DNA of 61,353 nt, counting the filler, from Gemmatimonadota bacterium (GTDB taxonomy: Bacteria; 4572-55; J002), in the NCBI GenBank assembly GCA_003697105.1. It is 3 parts of 3 records of this genome, joined end to end, with 100 filler letters (N's around TTAATTAATTAA, not from the genome) between each part and the next. Parts side by side here need not be neighbours in the genome. Positions count along the whole stretch, not along the records: positions 1 to 28,517 come from RFFQ01000181.1; 2 more parts are not named here. The stretch is one strand, 5' to 3'. Shown here in pieces: positions 1 to 8,330 of the stretch. Position 1 is the first letter of the stretch. Each line of letters starts with the position of its first letter. The notes beneath the pieces were generated by a model, which was not told where the DNA came from, made no database searches, and saw nothing but the letters and a program-made list of their open reading frames with translations. A program made the translations under genes and the position numbers.

Positions 1-1302
1 CAGGATGAAGCCATCCAAAAGTATTTTGATGCCAAAAATTACCATGCCTTACGCTCATTCCTGATCTTTTGGAGCGTGATTCTGCTAATCATCGCCATCA
101 TCACGCTGGTCGAACACGAATTTATCCGGTTTCTGCCGGTCGCCGCGCATGGACTCCTGATTTACCTCTACTTTCGCTATGGAAATCATCCCGATGTGGT
201 GGAACATTTCCGCCAGTTGACCATCTATTTTTTACTCCTCCAGTTCGTTTTGATCTCACTCTACGCTTATGATGGCGGTTCGGTGAGTGGGGCGGCATTC
301 ATGGCGATTATTCCCCTATTTTGGTTGCGGTTTAAGACCGTTGAATACCAGCAGTTAATTGGTATCCCTTGGATTGTTGCGGTCATCACCTATCTGATCC
401 AAGTGGCGGCGTTAGACCTCCCTTCTGGAGAAGATGTGGCAAACTTGATTGCCTTAACCGTCTTTAGTGGGGTCGTTTATGGGGTAGCAATAAACGTAAC
501 CCGCAAAAAGACCAAACAATTTTTAGCCCAATGGACCGTGGAATACGAACGCAACCACGACCGCCTCCGCATGAAGCAGGAATTAGAACATGCCCATGAA
601 ATCCAGATGAGTATGCTCCCCCAAACCAAACCGGATATTGCCGGATTTGATTTAGCCTCACTCTCCCTACCCGCTACAGAGGTGGGGGGCGATTATTATG
701 ACTACTTTCCGCTCTCGGATTCGCGCCTAGCGGTGGCAATCGGCGATGTTTCCGGTCATGGCGTTGCCAGTGGCTTGGTACTTTCCGGTGTGCGGAGCGG
801 TTTATATGTTCTCCACGACACAGACCGGCAAGCAAAAGACATCCTCGAACGCTTGAACCGGATGGTCAAAAAAACAACCGACCGGCGCATGTTTGTGACC
901 TTCTTATACGCCATTTTTGATCACGAGCGGAAACAACTGACCTTTTCCAGCGCCGGACAACCTCCTTTAGTGTGGTATGATTCCACCTCGAGCACTGTTC
1001 GTGAGATCGAACTCAAAGCATTACCGTTGGGGGCACTGTTCGAGACCACTTTTGAGGAAAAATTGGTTCCCTACCACACGGGGGACGTTTTCGTGATGTA
1101 TTCCGATGGTCTTACCGAGAGTACCAATAAACACCACGAAGAATATGGCGCAGACCGTCTGCACCAGCAATTGCAACAGGTCGCCGCGCAGGGCAAATCC
1201 GCACACCACATTCGGGATGCCTTACTAAATGATGTTTGGAATTTCAAAGGTGACCAAGATCAAAAGGATGACATCACGATGGTGGTCATCAAGATCCGTT
1301 GA
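1..1302 (+). CDS. Membrane-anchored PP2C/SpoIIE (RsbU-like) Ser/Thr phosphatase, 5'-truncated by the window edge
   Basis: Frame is open from base 1. About 5 N-terminal TM segments, then AHEIQMSMLP, EVGGDYYD, IGDVSGHG, MYSDGLTE and DDITMVV motifs of SpoIIE-type PP2C. Confidence 0.9.
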   Translation, partial: QDEAIQKYFDAKNYHALRSFLIFWSVILLIIAIITLVEHEFIRFLPVAAHGLLIYLYFRYGNHPDVVEHFRQLTIYFLLLQFVLISLYAYDGGSVSGAAFMAIIPLFWLRFKTVEYQQLIGIPWIVAVITYLIQVAALDLPSGEDVANLIALTVFSGVVYGVAINVTRKKTKQFLAQWTVEYERNHDRLRMKQELEHAHEIQMSMLPQTKPDIAGFDLASLSLPATEVGGDYYDYFPLSDSRLAVAIGDVSGHGVASGLVLSGVRSGLYVLHDTDRQAKDILERLNRMVKKTTDRRMFVTFLYAIFDHERKQLTFSSAGQPPLVWYDSTSSTVREIELKALPLGALFETTFEEKLVPYHTGDVFVMYSDGLTESTNKHHEEYGADRLHQQLQQVAAQGKSAHHIRDALLNDVWNFKGDQDQKDDITMVVIKIR

Positions 1303-1327
1303 CATTCACCCCGCTTTTTCGTATGAT
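1299..1327 (+). promoter_or_regulatory. sigma70-type promoter for the 1454-4787 operon
   Basis: TTGACA (1299-1304), 17-bp spacer, TATGAT (1322-1327). Confidence 0.7.
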
Positions 1328-1353
1328 CCCTAACATCTGATCTTTGACACCGA

Positions 1354-1415
1354 AATCCTAATCCCTGAATCCTAATTCCTGAATCCTGATCCCTGAATCC
1401 TGAATCCTAATCCCT
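1354..1415 (+). repeat. Short tandem repeat array of 7-mers (14-bp unit AATCCTAATCCCTG)
   Basis: aatcctaatccctg / aatcctaattcctg / aatcctgatccctg / aatcctg / aatcctaatccct, read directly. Confidence 0.9.
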
Positions 1416-1453
1416 TTTAACCCTTTTTAACTTCTAACAGAGTTGAGGTTTTC

Positions 1454-1666
1454 ATGGCAGGACAAGGCTCCGCCGGCAATGTGATTGCCGCGTTATGCAG
1501 TTTTTTCATCCCCGGTTTGGGGCAACTGGTACAAGGTCGCCCCATTACCGCATTGATTCATTTCGTCATGGCAGGTGTGGTCTGGTTTGTAACATTGGGG
1601 TTGTTCGGCTGGATTATCAACCTCTGGTCTACACTGGACGCCGCCCTTTTTAAGCCCAAGTATTAA
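1454..1666 (+). CDS. Small membrane protein (70 aa)
   Basis: GAGG RBS, SFFIPGLGQL motif and hydrophobic segments; first gene after the promoter. Confidence 0.8.
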   Translation: MAGQGSAGNVIAALCSFFIPGLGQLVQGRPITALIHFVMAGVVWFVTLGLFGWIINLWSTLDAALFKPKY

Positions 1667-1672
1667 ACGCTC

Positions 1673-2653
1673 ATGTTTGATCTGATCATCATTGGAGCGG
1701 GACCGGCAGGCTTAGCCTGTGCCATCGATGCTCAAAAGGCACATTTGCGCTATCTGATTGTAGATAAAGGGTGTATTGTCAATTCGATTTATCATTATCC
1801 AGAAGGAATGGACTTTTTTTCCACTTCGGAACTGCTCGAAATAGGCAATATTCCCTTCACCTCCCCCCTCAGTAAACCGAAACGGGAGGAGGCAATCGAG
1901 TACTACCGCCGTGTCGTGCGCCACTATGAACTGAATTTGCGGCAATACCACACGGTTATTGATGTCCGCCGGAAAAAAAATACGTTTGAGGTGGTCTCGC
2001 GTGACCGGCTCGGGCGGGAACATCACGATCAGACCCGGAATGTGGTTTTTGCTACCGGATTCTACGATCACCCGAACCGGTTAAATGTGGAGGGTGAGGA
2101 TTTACCGCACGTTTTCCATTACTACCGCTCTCCCCACCCCTTTTTTGGTAGCGAAGTGGTCGTCATCGGTGCGGGCAACTCCGCCACACAAGTGGCATTG
2201 GATTTATACCGCCATGATGCGAACGTCACGTTGGTACATCGCGGAGCAGATTTTAGCCGGGGCGTCAAATACTGGATCCGCCCGGACATCGAAAATCGGG
2301 TCAAAAATCGTGAAATCCGTGCCTTTTTTGAGACCCGCGTGATCAAAATCGAACCCGATCATATCCATCTAAAGCAGAATAGCCGGCGGATTGTTCTGAA
2401 AGCGGATTTTATCTTTGCCATGACCGGTTATCACCCAGATATGAGCCTGCTGACCCAGCTTGGTGTCACCCTAAAACCGGAAAATGACGCCCCCCACATC
2501 AACGAAGTTACCCATGAAACCAACGTTCCCGGCGTGTATGTTTGTGGCTCGATTGTTGCCGGACGAGACACCAACAAAATCTTTATTGAAAACGGACGTT
2601 TTCACGGTGAAACCATCGTCGGTTCTATTTTACGTTCAACCCCCAAGAGGTGA
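1673..2653 (+). CDS. ypdA: YpdA-family putative bacillithiol disulfide reductase (FAD/NADPH oxidoreductase)
   Basis: GAGPAG FAD motif, KGCIVNSIYHYP, FFSTSELLEIG, ATGFYD, VKYWIRPDIENR, IFIENGRFHG. Confidence 0.85.
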   Translation: MFDLIIIGAGPAGLACAIDAQKAHLRYLIVDKGCIVNSIYHYPEGMDFFSTSELLEIGNIPFTSPLSKPKREEAIEYYRRVVRHYELNLRQYHTVIDVRRKKNTFEVVSRDRLGREHHDQTRNVVFATGFYDHPNRLNVEGEDLPHVFHYYRSPHPFFGSEVVVIGAGNSATQVALDLYRHDANVTLVHRGADFSRGVKYWIRPDIENRVKNREIRAFFETRVIKIEPDHIHLKQNSRRIVLKADFIFAMTGYHPDMSLLTQLGVTLKPENDAPHINEVTHETNVPGVYVCGSIVAGRDTNKIFIENGRFHGETIVGSILRSTPKR

Positions 2654-2656
2654 AAC

Positions 2657-3043
2657 ATGACCTTTACCGATACCCTAAACCAGCATTTAGACGCCATCCG
2701 CACCCGCAACATTACCGCATTTTTGGCAACCGTTATTGAGGATGATTCCCTCAATTTGATTCTACCGAACGGTGCTTGGATCAACAATCGAGCCGATTTT
2801 GTCAAATTTCACGAAGAATGGTTCTCCGACACGGAATGGCACGCTGAATTTGAAGTACTTTCCACCATTGAGCGTAACGACATGGCACAAGCATTGGTGC
2901 AAATGGATTATTCCGATATGGACCCCGAGGGTGAGGAATATCACGCTACCATTTATCTAGGGTTGGTGTTTCTCCGGCAAAAGGAGCAGTGGGTGCTAAT
3001 CCACAGCCAGAACACCCCCATTCAGGACGAGGAAGAGGAGTGA
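2657..3043 (+). CDS. NTF2/SnoaL-like family protein
   Basis: 128 aa with an NTF2-like pattern ending in WVLIHSQNT; tightly coupled in the operon. Confidence 0.7.
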   Translation: MTFTDTLNQHLDAIRTRNITAFLATVIEDDSLNLILPNGAWINNRADFVKFHEEWFSDTEWHAEFEVLSTIERNDMAQALVQMDYSDMDPEGEEYHATIYLGLVFLRQKEQWVLIHSQNTPIQDEEEE

Positions 3044-4302
3044 TGATCGGACACATCATCAGCGTGGGGGATGAACTTCTCGCCGGACGGATTGTGGATT
3101 CCAACAGCGCCTACATTGCCCAACAATTAACTCTCGCGGGGGTTGAGGTCACCAAAATGGTAACGGTCGGAGATGAACCCGCATCGATTGTTGCCGCCTT
3201 AAACGCCGCCGCCACGGAAGCGCAGATTATCGTTGTCACCGGGGGTTTGGGTCCCACCAACGATGACCGCACGCGCCATGCACTGGCAGAGTTTGCCCGC
3301 GTCCCGTTGGAACTCAACCCAACCGCTCTGGACGCCTTGATCCGCCGTTACAAGGAGCGAAAATGGGGCAAAATGCCGGAAATAAACCAGATTCAAGCCT
3401 ATTTGCCCGCCGGAGCGACGCCAATGATTAACGAACACGGCTCGGCGTGTGGTATCCGGCAAAAAGTGGGACAAACCATAATTTACACCGTGCCCGGCGT
3501 CCCGTTTGAGATGCGCAACTTGGTGGATCAACAGATCATCCCAGATATATTGAAGATCAGTACAAACCCACCGCCGGTGGTGCGTTTCCTCAAATCCAGT
3601 GGCGTAGGAGAATCCAATATTTACGAAAAAATCAAAGACATTATTGAAACAAACACAGGAAAGATCGAATTTTCGTTTTATCCGCACCGCGCCCGCCATG
3701 TGGACATCTGTTTGACCGTTAAAAATCAGCCCGTAAACATCGCCAACGCTTGGCTTGACGCTATTCAACCAGAGCTGGAAGCCCGGCTGGGAGACCACAT
3801 TTTCGCAGTCTCTACCGATCCGGGTCTTTCATTGGAAACCCTTGTGCCGCAAATGCTGATTGCTTCCGGCAAAACCATTGCGGTGGCGGAATCCTGCACG
3901 GGTGGCTTGCTGGCAGATACCTTAACCGATGTACCGGGAGCATCCGCTTATTTTTTAACGGGCGTCACAGCATATAGTAATGATAGTAAAATCAAGGTAT
4001 TAGGTGTGGCAGAGCAACTCATCATCGAACACGGTGCCGTGAGTGAAGCCGTAGCAACGGCAATGGCAGCAGGTATGCGGCAGTTGGCAGACAGCGATGT
4101 TGCCCTCTCCACCACCGGCATTGCCGGACCCACCGGCGGCACGGCAGAAAAGCCGGTCGGGCAAGTGTACATCGGCTTTGCAAACCGGACACATGCCTAT
4201 GCCCACAAATATATCTTCACCGGTGACCGGCGCTATCACAAAATCCGCACAGTACATGTCGCCCTAAAACAATTGTGGCAGGAGCTACGTACCGCTTTAT
4301 GA
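3043..4302 (+). CDS. cinA: CinA competence/damage-inducible protein (MoCF-biosynth domain plus NMN deamidase domain)
   Basis: IISVGDELLAGRIVDSN, TGGLGPTNDD, AESCTGG, HGAVS, TGIAGPTGG. Start moved to the ATG at 3043 after GAGGAG. Confidence 0.92.
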   Translation: MIGHIISVGDELLAGRIVDSNSAYIAQQLTLAGVEVTKMVTVGDEPASIVAALNAAATEAQIIVVTGGLGPTNDDRTRHALAEFARVPLELNPTALDALIRRYKERKWGKMPEINQIQAYLPAGATPMINEHGSACGIRQKVGQTIIYTVPGVPFEMRNLVDQQIIPDILKISTNPPPVVRFLKSSGVGESNIYEKIKDIIETNTGKIEFSFYPHRARHVDICLTVKNQPVNIANAWLDAIQPELEARLGDHIFAVSTDPGLSLETLVPQMLIASGKTIAVAESCTGGLLADTLTDVPGASAYFLTGVTAYSNDSKIKVLGVAEQLIIEHGAVSEAVATAMAAGMRQLADSDVALSTTGIAGPTGGTAEKPVGQVYIGFANRTHAYAHKYIFTGDRRYHKIRTVHVALKQLWQELRTAL

Positions 4303-4787
4303 AATCGATTTTAATCGATCATCTCCGGCGCTACCCCGCCATGCACGTGCAAGACCTCTACAAATTGTGCCATCAGGCGGCACTGGGTAATGAGCATCTG
4401 TTAGCGGATCCAGACCACCTGCTGGACTACCTCGATCAAGAGCTTTCCCGCCTTGCCCCTGACGAAACCCAACCGTTACTAGAACCCATTTCCCCCACCG
4501 GTTTGGTGCGAGTACATTTACGCCCCTTTAAAGCAAAAAAAGGCGATCCGCAACGGCTTTTAACAGCCATGCAGCGAACCGCCCAAACGTTTCATCCTTC
4601 GGTCTCTCATTTACAGGAGTATTGGCAACTTGCACTCGATTTAGATCACGTTGATCCCCCACTTATGCGCCATTTTTTTGAGGCACGCCGGGCAGAAGAC
4701 TTCCCAGCAGTGCACCACTCGGAGGTGTACCGTGCGGCATACTCACCCGCATACCGGGTGGTGCTAAAACGGGAATTTGTGTTTTAA
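4299..4787 (+). CDS. Conserved hypothetical protein
   Basis: ATGA overlap with the cinA stop; QDLYKL, HHSEVYRAAYSPAYRVV motifs. Confidence 0.7.
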   Translation: MKSILIDHLRRYPAMHVQDLYKLCHQAALGNEHLLADPDHLLDYLDQELSRLAPDETQPLLEPISPTGLVRVHLRPFKAKKGDPQRLLTAMQRTAQTFHPSVSHLQEYWQLALDLDHVDPPLMRHFFEARRAEDFPAVHHSEVYRAAYSPAYRVVLKREFVF

Positions 4788-4823
4788 CCGGTGAGTCCCC
4801 GCACCAGAAGAGCACTCTGCTAC

Positions 4824-5405
4824 TCAAAAATCTCGCTTCAACAGTGCCAAAAACTCCTGCTCCAACGCTTTGCCCCGATTGCGCCCGTACCAAAGGTGCA
4901 TCGCTTTCATGATTTCCTCTTTTTCCTGACCGGCGGCTTTGCCTTCATCAAAAATGGCTTGTGCCGCTGCCGGACGGGGTCCCCACCTGAAAAGTTCTTT
5001 ACCATCGGCAGCGAATGCCACCAATTTGGGGATGCCCCGCTTGCCGTTGGTCAAATATTGGTCCATGATGTCCAGATTTTGGTCGCGTAGTAAAATCCGT
5101 AAATCTATTTTAGGGTTACACGCCGCCATTTTGATGATATATCCCAAATTTTGGGCAGAATCACCACACCAAGGCTCCGTGAGGACCATCCACAGTTGGG
5201 GTTCGGTGATGGCTTCAATTGTGGCACGAAGCTCATCTGACACCGTGTATGTCTTTTCAATCCGGTGACTGCGTTGCCAATTCAATTTCAGGTAATCCAA
5301 CTTATCGGACTCGCCTTTTTCAATCTCGGCGCGAAAATGCGCCATATACTGCGCCGGTGTCAATCCGTTATGCGGGCGTTTTTGCTCAAAAAAATCAGAA
5401 CCCAT
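4824..5405 (-). CDS. Thioredoxin-fold protein (CxxS, Thioredoxin_9-like)
   Basis: TEPWCGDS, RDQNLDIMDQYLTNG, WGPRP. Confidence 0.85.
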   Translation of the reverse strand: MGSDFFEQKRPHNGLTPAQYMAHFRAEIEKGESDKLDYLKLNWQRSHRIEKTYTVSDELRATIEAITEPQLWMVLTEPWCGDSAQNLGYIIKMAACNPKIDLRILLRDQNLDIMDQYLTNGKRGIPKLVAFAADGKELFRWGPRPAAAQAIFDEGKAAGQEKEEIMKAMHLWYGRNRGKALEQEFLALLKRDF

Positions 5406-5534
5406 TCAGAAGACTCCTTGTATTATCAAATAGTTAAAAAGTGATGCGTTTTTAGTAGCATTTTTCCGAAGCACTGTATATAATACGCAGGTGTAACAAA
5501 ATCAACAAGGGAGATTCAATTTTGGAGTAACCCC

Positions 5535-6368
5535 ATGATTCAGATTGTTTGCGCGTTGCATTGCGAGGCAAAACCACTTATCGAACTTTTGGAGCTAAAA
5601 AAAGATCACACGTCCGCCAAGTTTGATCTATTTCAGTCGAACGACGTACAACTGATTATTAGTGGCGTGGGTAAATTGCGGTCGGCGATTGCCACGACAT
5701 TCTTGATTCAGCGCACTTCGGAGACACGGCGAACCGTACTGTTTAACATTGGGGTTTGCGGTTCTGCCCATCCGGGAGATTCCATCGGGCAGTTGTTTTT
5801 GGTCCACAAAGTCACCGATCACGCGACACAGCGTAGTTATTTTTCCGATCTGCTCTTAGAACATCCGGTGGAAGAAGCCCCATTGGAGACATTCGACCAA
5901 CCGGTGACCGGTGAAGCACCCACAACCGATTTACATTTGGTGGATATGGAAGCCGCCGGATTTTTTGAAGCCGCCAGCATATTCCTTGCACCCAACCAGA
6001 TTTACGTCCTCAAAATCGTCTCGGATCATCTGGAGTGCCTGAAATTCGATAAACAGTTTGTCACCGGATTGGTGGCGAATCAATTGGACGCCATCCGAGC
6101 GATTCTTTTCGCTCAAAAGGCGGCGCTCCCTCACCCAACGGATGAAGTCTTGACGGAAGCGGATTATCGACTTATTTATGGGCTTCGGCAAAATTTACGG
6201 TTAACCGAGACCCAACTGCACCAAGTGGTTCTACAGGCAAAAGCGTATAAAATTCGGTTTCAGCAGGAGCTCGATGTCCTCCACCCGTTTACAACTCGTA
6301 CCATCCACCACAAAAGCGAACGCCGCGCCATCCTTGAGGAGATCCGGGAACGGCTCGGCGCGGTCTAA
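5535..6368 (+). CDS. Nucleoside phosphorylase/MTA-SAH nucleosidase-like protein
   Basis: ALHCEAKP, ISGVGK, NIGVCG, VDMEAAG, KIVSD. Confidence 0.75.
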   Translation: MIQIVCALHCEAKPLIELLELKKDHTSAKFDLFQSNDVQLIISGVGKLRSAIATTFLIQRTSETRRTVLFNIGVCGSAHPGDSIGQLFLVHKVTDHATQRSYFSDLLLEHPVEEAPLETFDQPVTGEAPTTDLHLVDMEAAGFFEAASIFLAPNQIYVLKIVSDHLECLKFDKQFVTGLVANQLDAIRAILFAQKAALPHPTDEVLTEADYRLIYGLRQNLRLTETQLHQVVLQAKAYKIRFQQELDVLHPFTTRTIHHKSERRAILEEIRERLGAV

Positions 6369-7365
6369 CCGCTACCGTCATCATTTTTCCCATATTTATG
6401 TTGAGCGGGACGCCCTCGCTTATCCCGATACGGAGCGTGTGTTCCGCAAATTTCCACATGCCCGCCGGATCGTGATTGACCACTATAAAGCGGTGTTCAA
6501 TCGCTCCAACCAGCATTTTCAACAGCAAAAAGCCAGCATGAAATTGATTTTGGCGGTCAAACGGGATCATTTTCTGTATGCAGGAAGCCCTGCCGCTCCA
6601 GACTTTGGGCATCCAAACTTTTTCTACAATGCCCTGATGCTAAACTGCTTATATAATTGTGATTATTGCTACTTACAAGGGATGTACCCGTCTGGCAACA
6701 CGGTGATGTTTGTCAATTCGGAAGATTATTTGGCGGCAACAGCGCAGAAGTTAAAAAATGGGGAGGAAATGTATCTGTGCATCTCGTACGATACCGATCT
6801 GCTGGCATTTGAGCATATCATCCCCTATGCCCACCGCTGGATTCAATTTGCCCGCCAACATCCCAATCTGCTGATCGAACTCCGCACGAAAAGTGCGAAT
6901 TTCAACGCAATTAAAACATTAAAGCCGGTAACCAACGTTATTTTAGCATGGACGCTCTCTCCGGCATCCATTACCAAAATTTACGAGAAAAAAACACCAT
7001 CCCTTAAAGCACGCCTCAATGCCATTAAAAAGGCGATGACCACCGGTTGGACGGTGAGACTCTGCTTCGATCCGTTGCTTCATGTACCCGATTGGCAAGA
7101 AATTTATACCGAGTTTGTGGAGCAGGTTTTCACCGCACTCAATCCAGAAAAAATTCAGGATGTGAGCATCGGCGTTTTTCGGATGAACTCCGGCTATTTG
7201 CACCGTATTCGGAAAATGCGGGAAGACTCGCCGGTACTTTATCACCCGGTGGATGTCGTCGAGAATGTGGCAACCTACCCGCAAACCGTCAAGGCGGAAA
7301 TGGAAGATTGGGTTTACCGGCAGGTACGCAAATACCTACCGGATGACCGTGTGTTTGCCCTTTAA
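6274..7365 (+). CDS. Spore photoproduct lyase-like radical SAM protein (start uncertain: ATG 6274 or TTG 6334)
   Basis: CLYNCDYCYLQ (CxxxCxxC), ELRTKS, WTLSP, RLCFDP; overlaps the upstream gene. Confidence 0.8.
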   Translation: MSSTRLQLVPSTTKANAAPSLRRSGNGSARSNRYRHHFSHIYVERDALAYPDTERVFRKFPHARRIVIDHYKAVFNRSNQHFQQQKASMKLILAVKRDHFLYAGSPAAPDFGHPNFFYNALMLNCLYNCDYCYLQGMYPSGNTVMFVNSEDYLAATAQKLKNGEEMYLCISYDTDLLAFEHIIPYAHRWIQFARQHPNLLIELRTKSANFNAIKTLKPVTNVILAWTLSPASITKIYEKKTPSLKARLNAIKKAMTTGWTVRLCFDPLLHVPDWQEIYTEFVEQVFTALNPEKIQDVSIGVFRMNSGYLHRIRKMREDSPVLYHPVDVVENVATYPQTVKAEMEDWVYRQVRKYLPDDRVFAL

Positions 7366-7400
7366 TCCTGTGAAATTTCCTTCTCTCCCCCCATCCCTGA

Positions 7401-8291
7401 CTACCGGTTTTGACCCCATTTGAGGGTCTGAATTAAAATTCCACTGATAATCAGAACCAACCCGATGATTGAAGTGATGGCAATCGCTTCCCCTAACACA
7501 AAATAGATAAACACCAGAGATAAAAACGGTGAAAGATAAACGAAATGGCTAATCGAGGCACTATCCCGCGCATGGTTGAGCGCTTGGAGCCAAAGCACAA
7601 AGGTCAAGCCCATCTCAAACAACCCGATGTATATTCCGCCAAGCAATCCTTTCAGCGGTGGGACGGTAAATTCCGAGAAGACCAGCATGGTGATGGTCAC
7701 ATACACCGTTCCGAAGATGAAACCGGAACAGAGTTTTAGCACGGGATCGCGTTCATCCTTGACGTTGAAAATCCAGAACAGTGCCCACACCACCGAACTA
7801 AACACCGCTAAAAAAACCCCCACCGGATCGCTGAATTGGAGCGCACCGGTGGGGTCACTGCCTCTGGAAATGACAATCACTCCACTAAAACTGATCAGGA
7901 GCGCCATCAAGGCTTGAAAAGTCAATTTTTGCCCCAACAGCGGCACGGAAAGCACCGAAAGCACCACGGGCCAGGTGTAATTGAGCGGTTGCGCCTGTTG
8001 CGCCGGCAGTAAATCGTACGCCTTGAACAAAATCAGATAATATAAAAATGGATTCAGCAGTCCTAACAGCGCGGACCCGAACCAATCCCGCCGGCTTTGG
8101 GTGAAAAGGTGCGGAATGTTCCCTTGCACCACCAATACAACCAACAAAACCAGCAATGACGATGCGGAAGCATAAAAAAGCATCTGGATAAAATCGAGGC
8201 TACGCAACGCAATTTTAAATGCCGTCGCTACCGTTGACCAAAATAAAACGGCAAGAGCAACAAAAAAGTAGGCTTTCGTTTGAGAAGTCAT
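7401..8291 (-). CDS. DMT/EamA family transporter
   Basis: About 10 TM segments in two EamA repeats; LFWSTVATAFK, LNYTWP. Confidence 0.88.
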   Translation of the reverse strand: MTSQTKAYFFVALAVLFWSTVATAFKIALRSLDFIQMLFYASASSLLVLLVVLVVQGNIPHLFTQSRRDWFGSALLGLLNPFLYYLILFKAYDLLPAQQAQPLNYTWPVVLSVLSVPLLGQKLTFQALMALLISFSGVIVISRGSDPTGALQFSDPVGVFLAVFSSVVWALFWIFNVKDERDPVLKLCSGFIFGTVYVTITMLVFSEFTVPPLKGLLGGIYIGLFEMGLTFVLWLQALNHARDSASISHFVYLSPFLSLVFIYFVLGEAIAITSIIGLVLIISGILIQTLKWGQNR

Positions 8292-8330
8292 CACATTATT
8301 GTCAGGTTGAAAATGAGAAAACCCAGCGCC

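Noticed and set aside
5474-5490. SOS-box-like CTGTATATAATACGCAG upstream of the nucleosidase/SPL-like operon
   Set aside because: Spacing is one base too long (CTG-N11-CAG), and the sequence is explained by a TATAAT -10 element. Worth rechecking only if the lexA box is confirmed.
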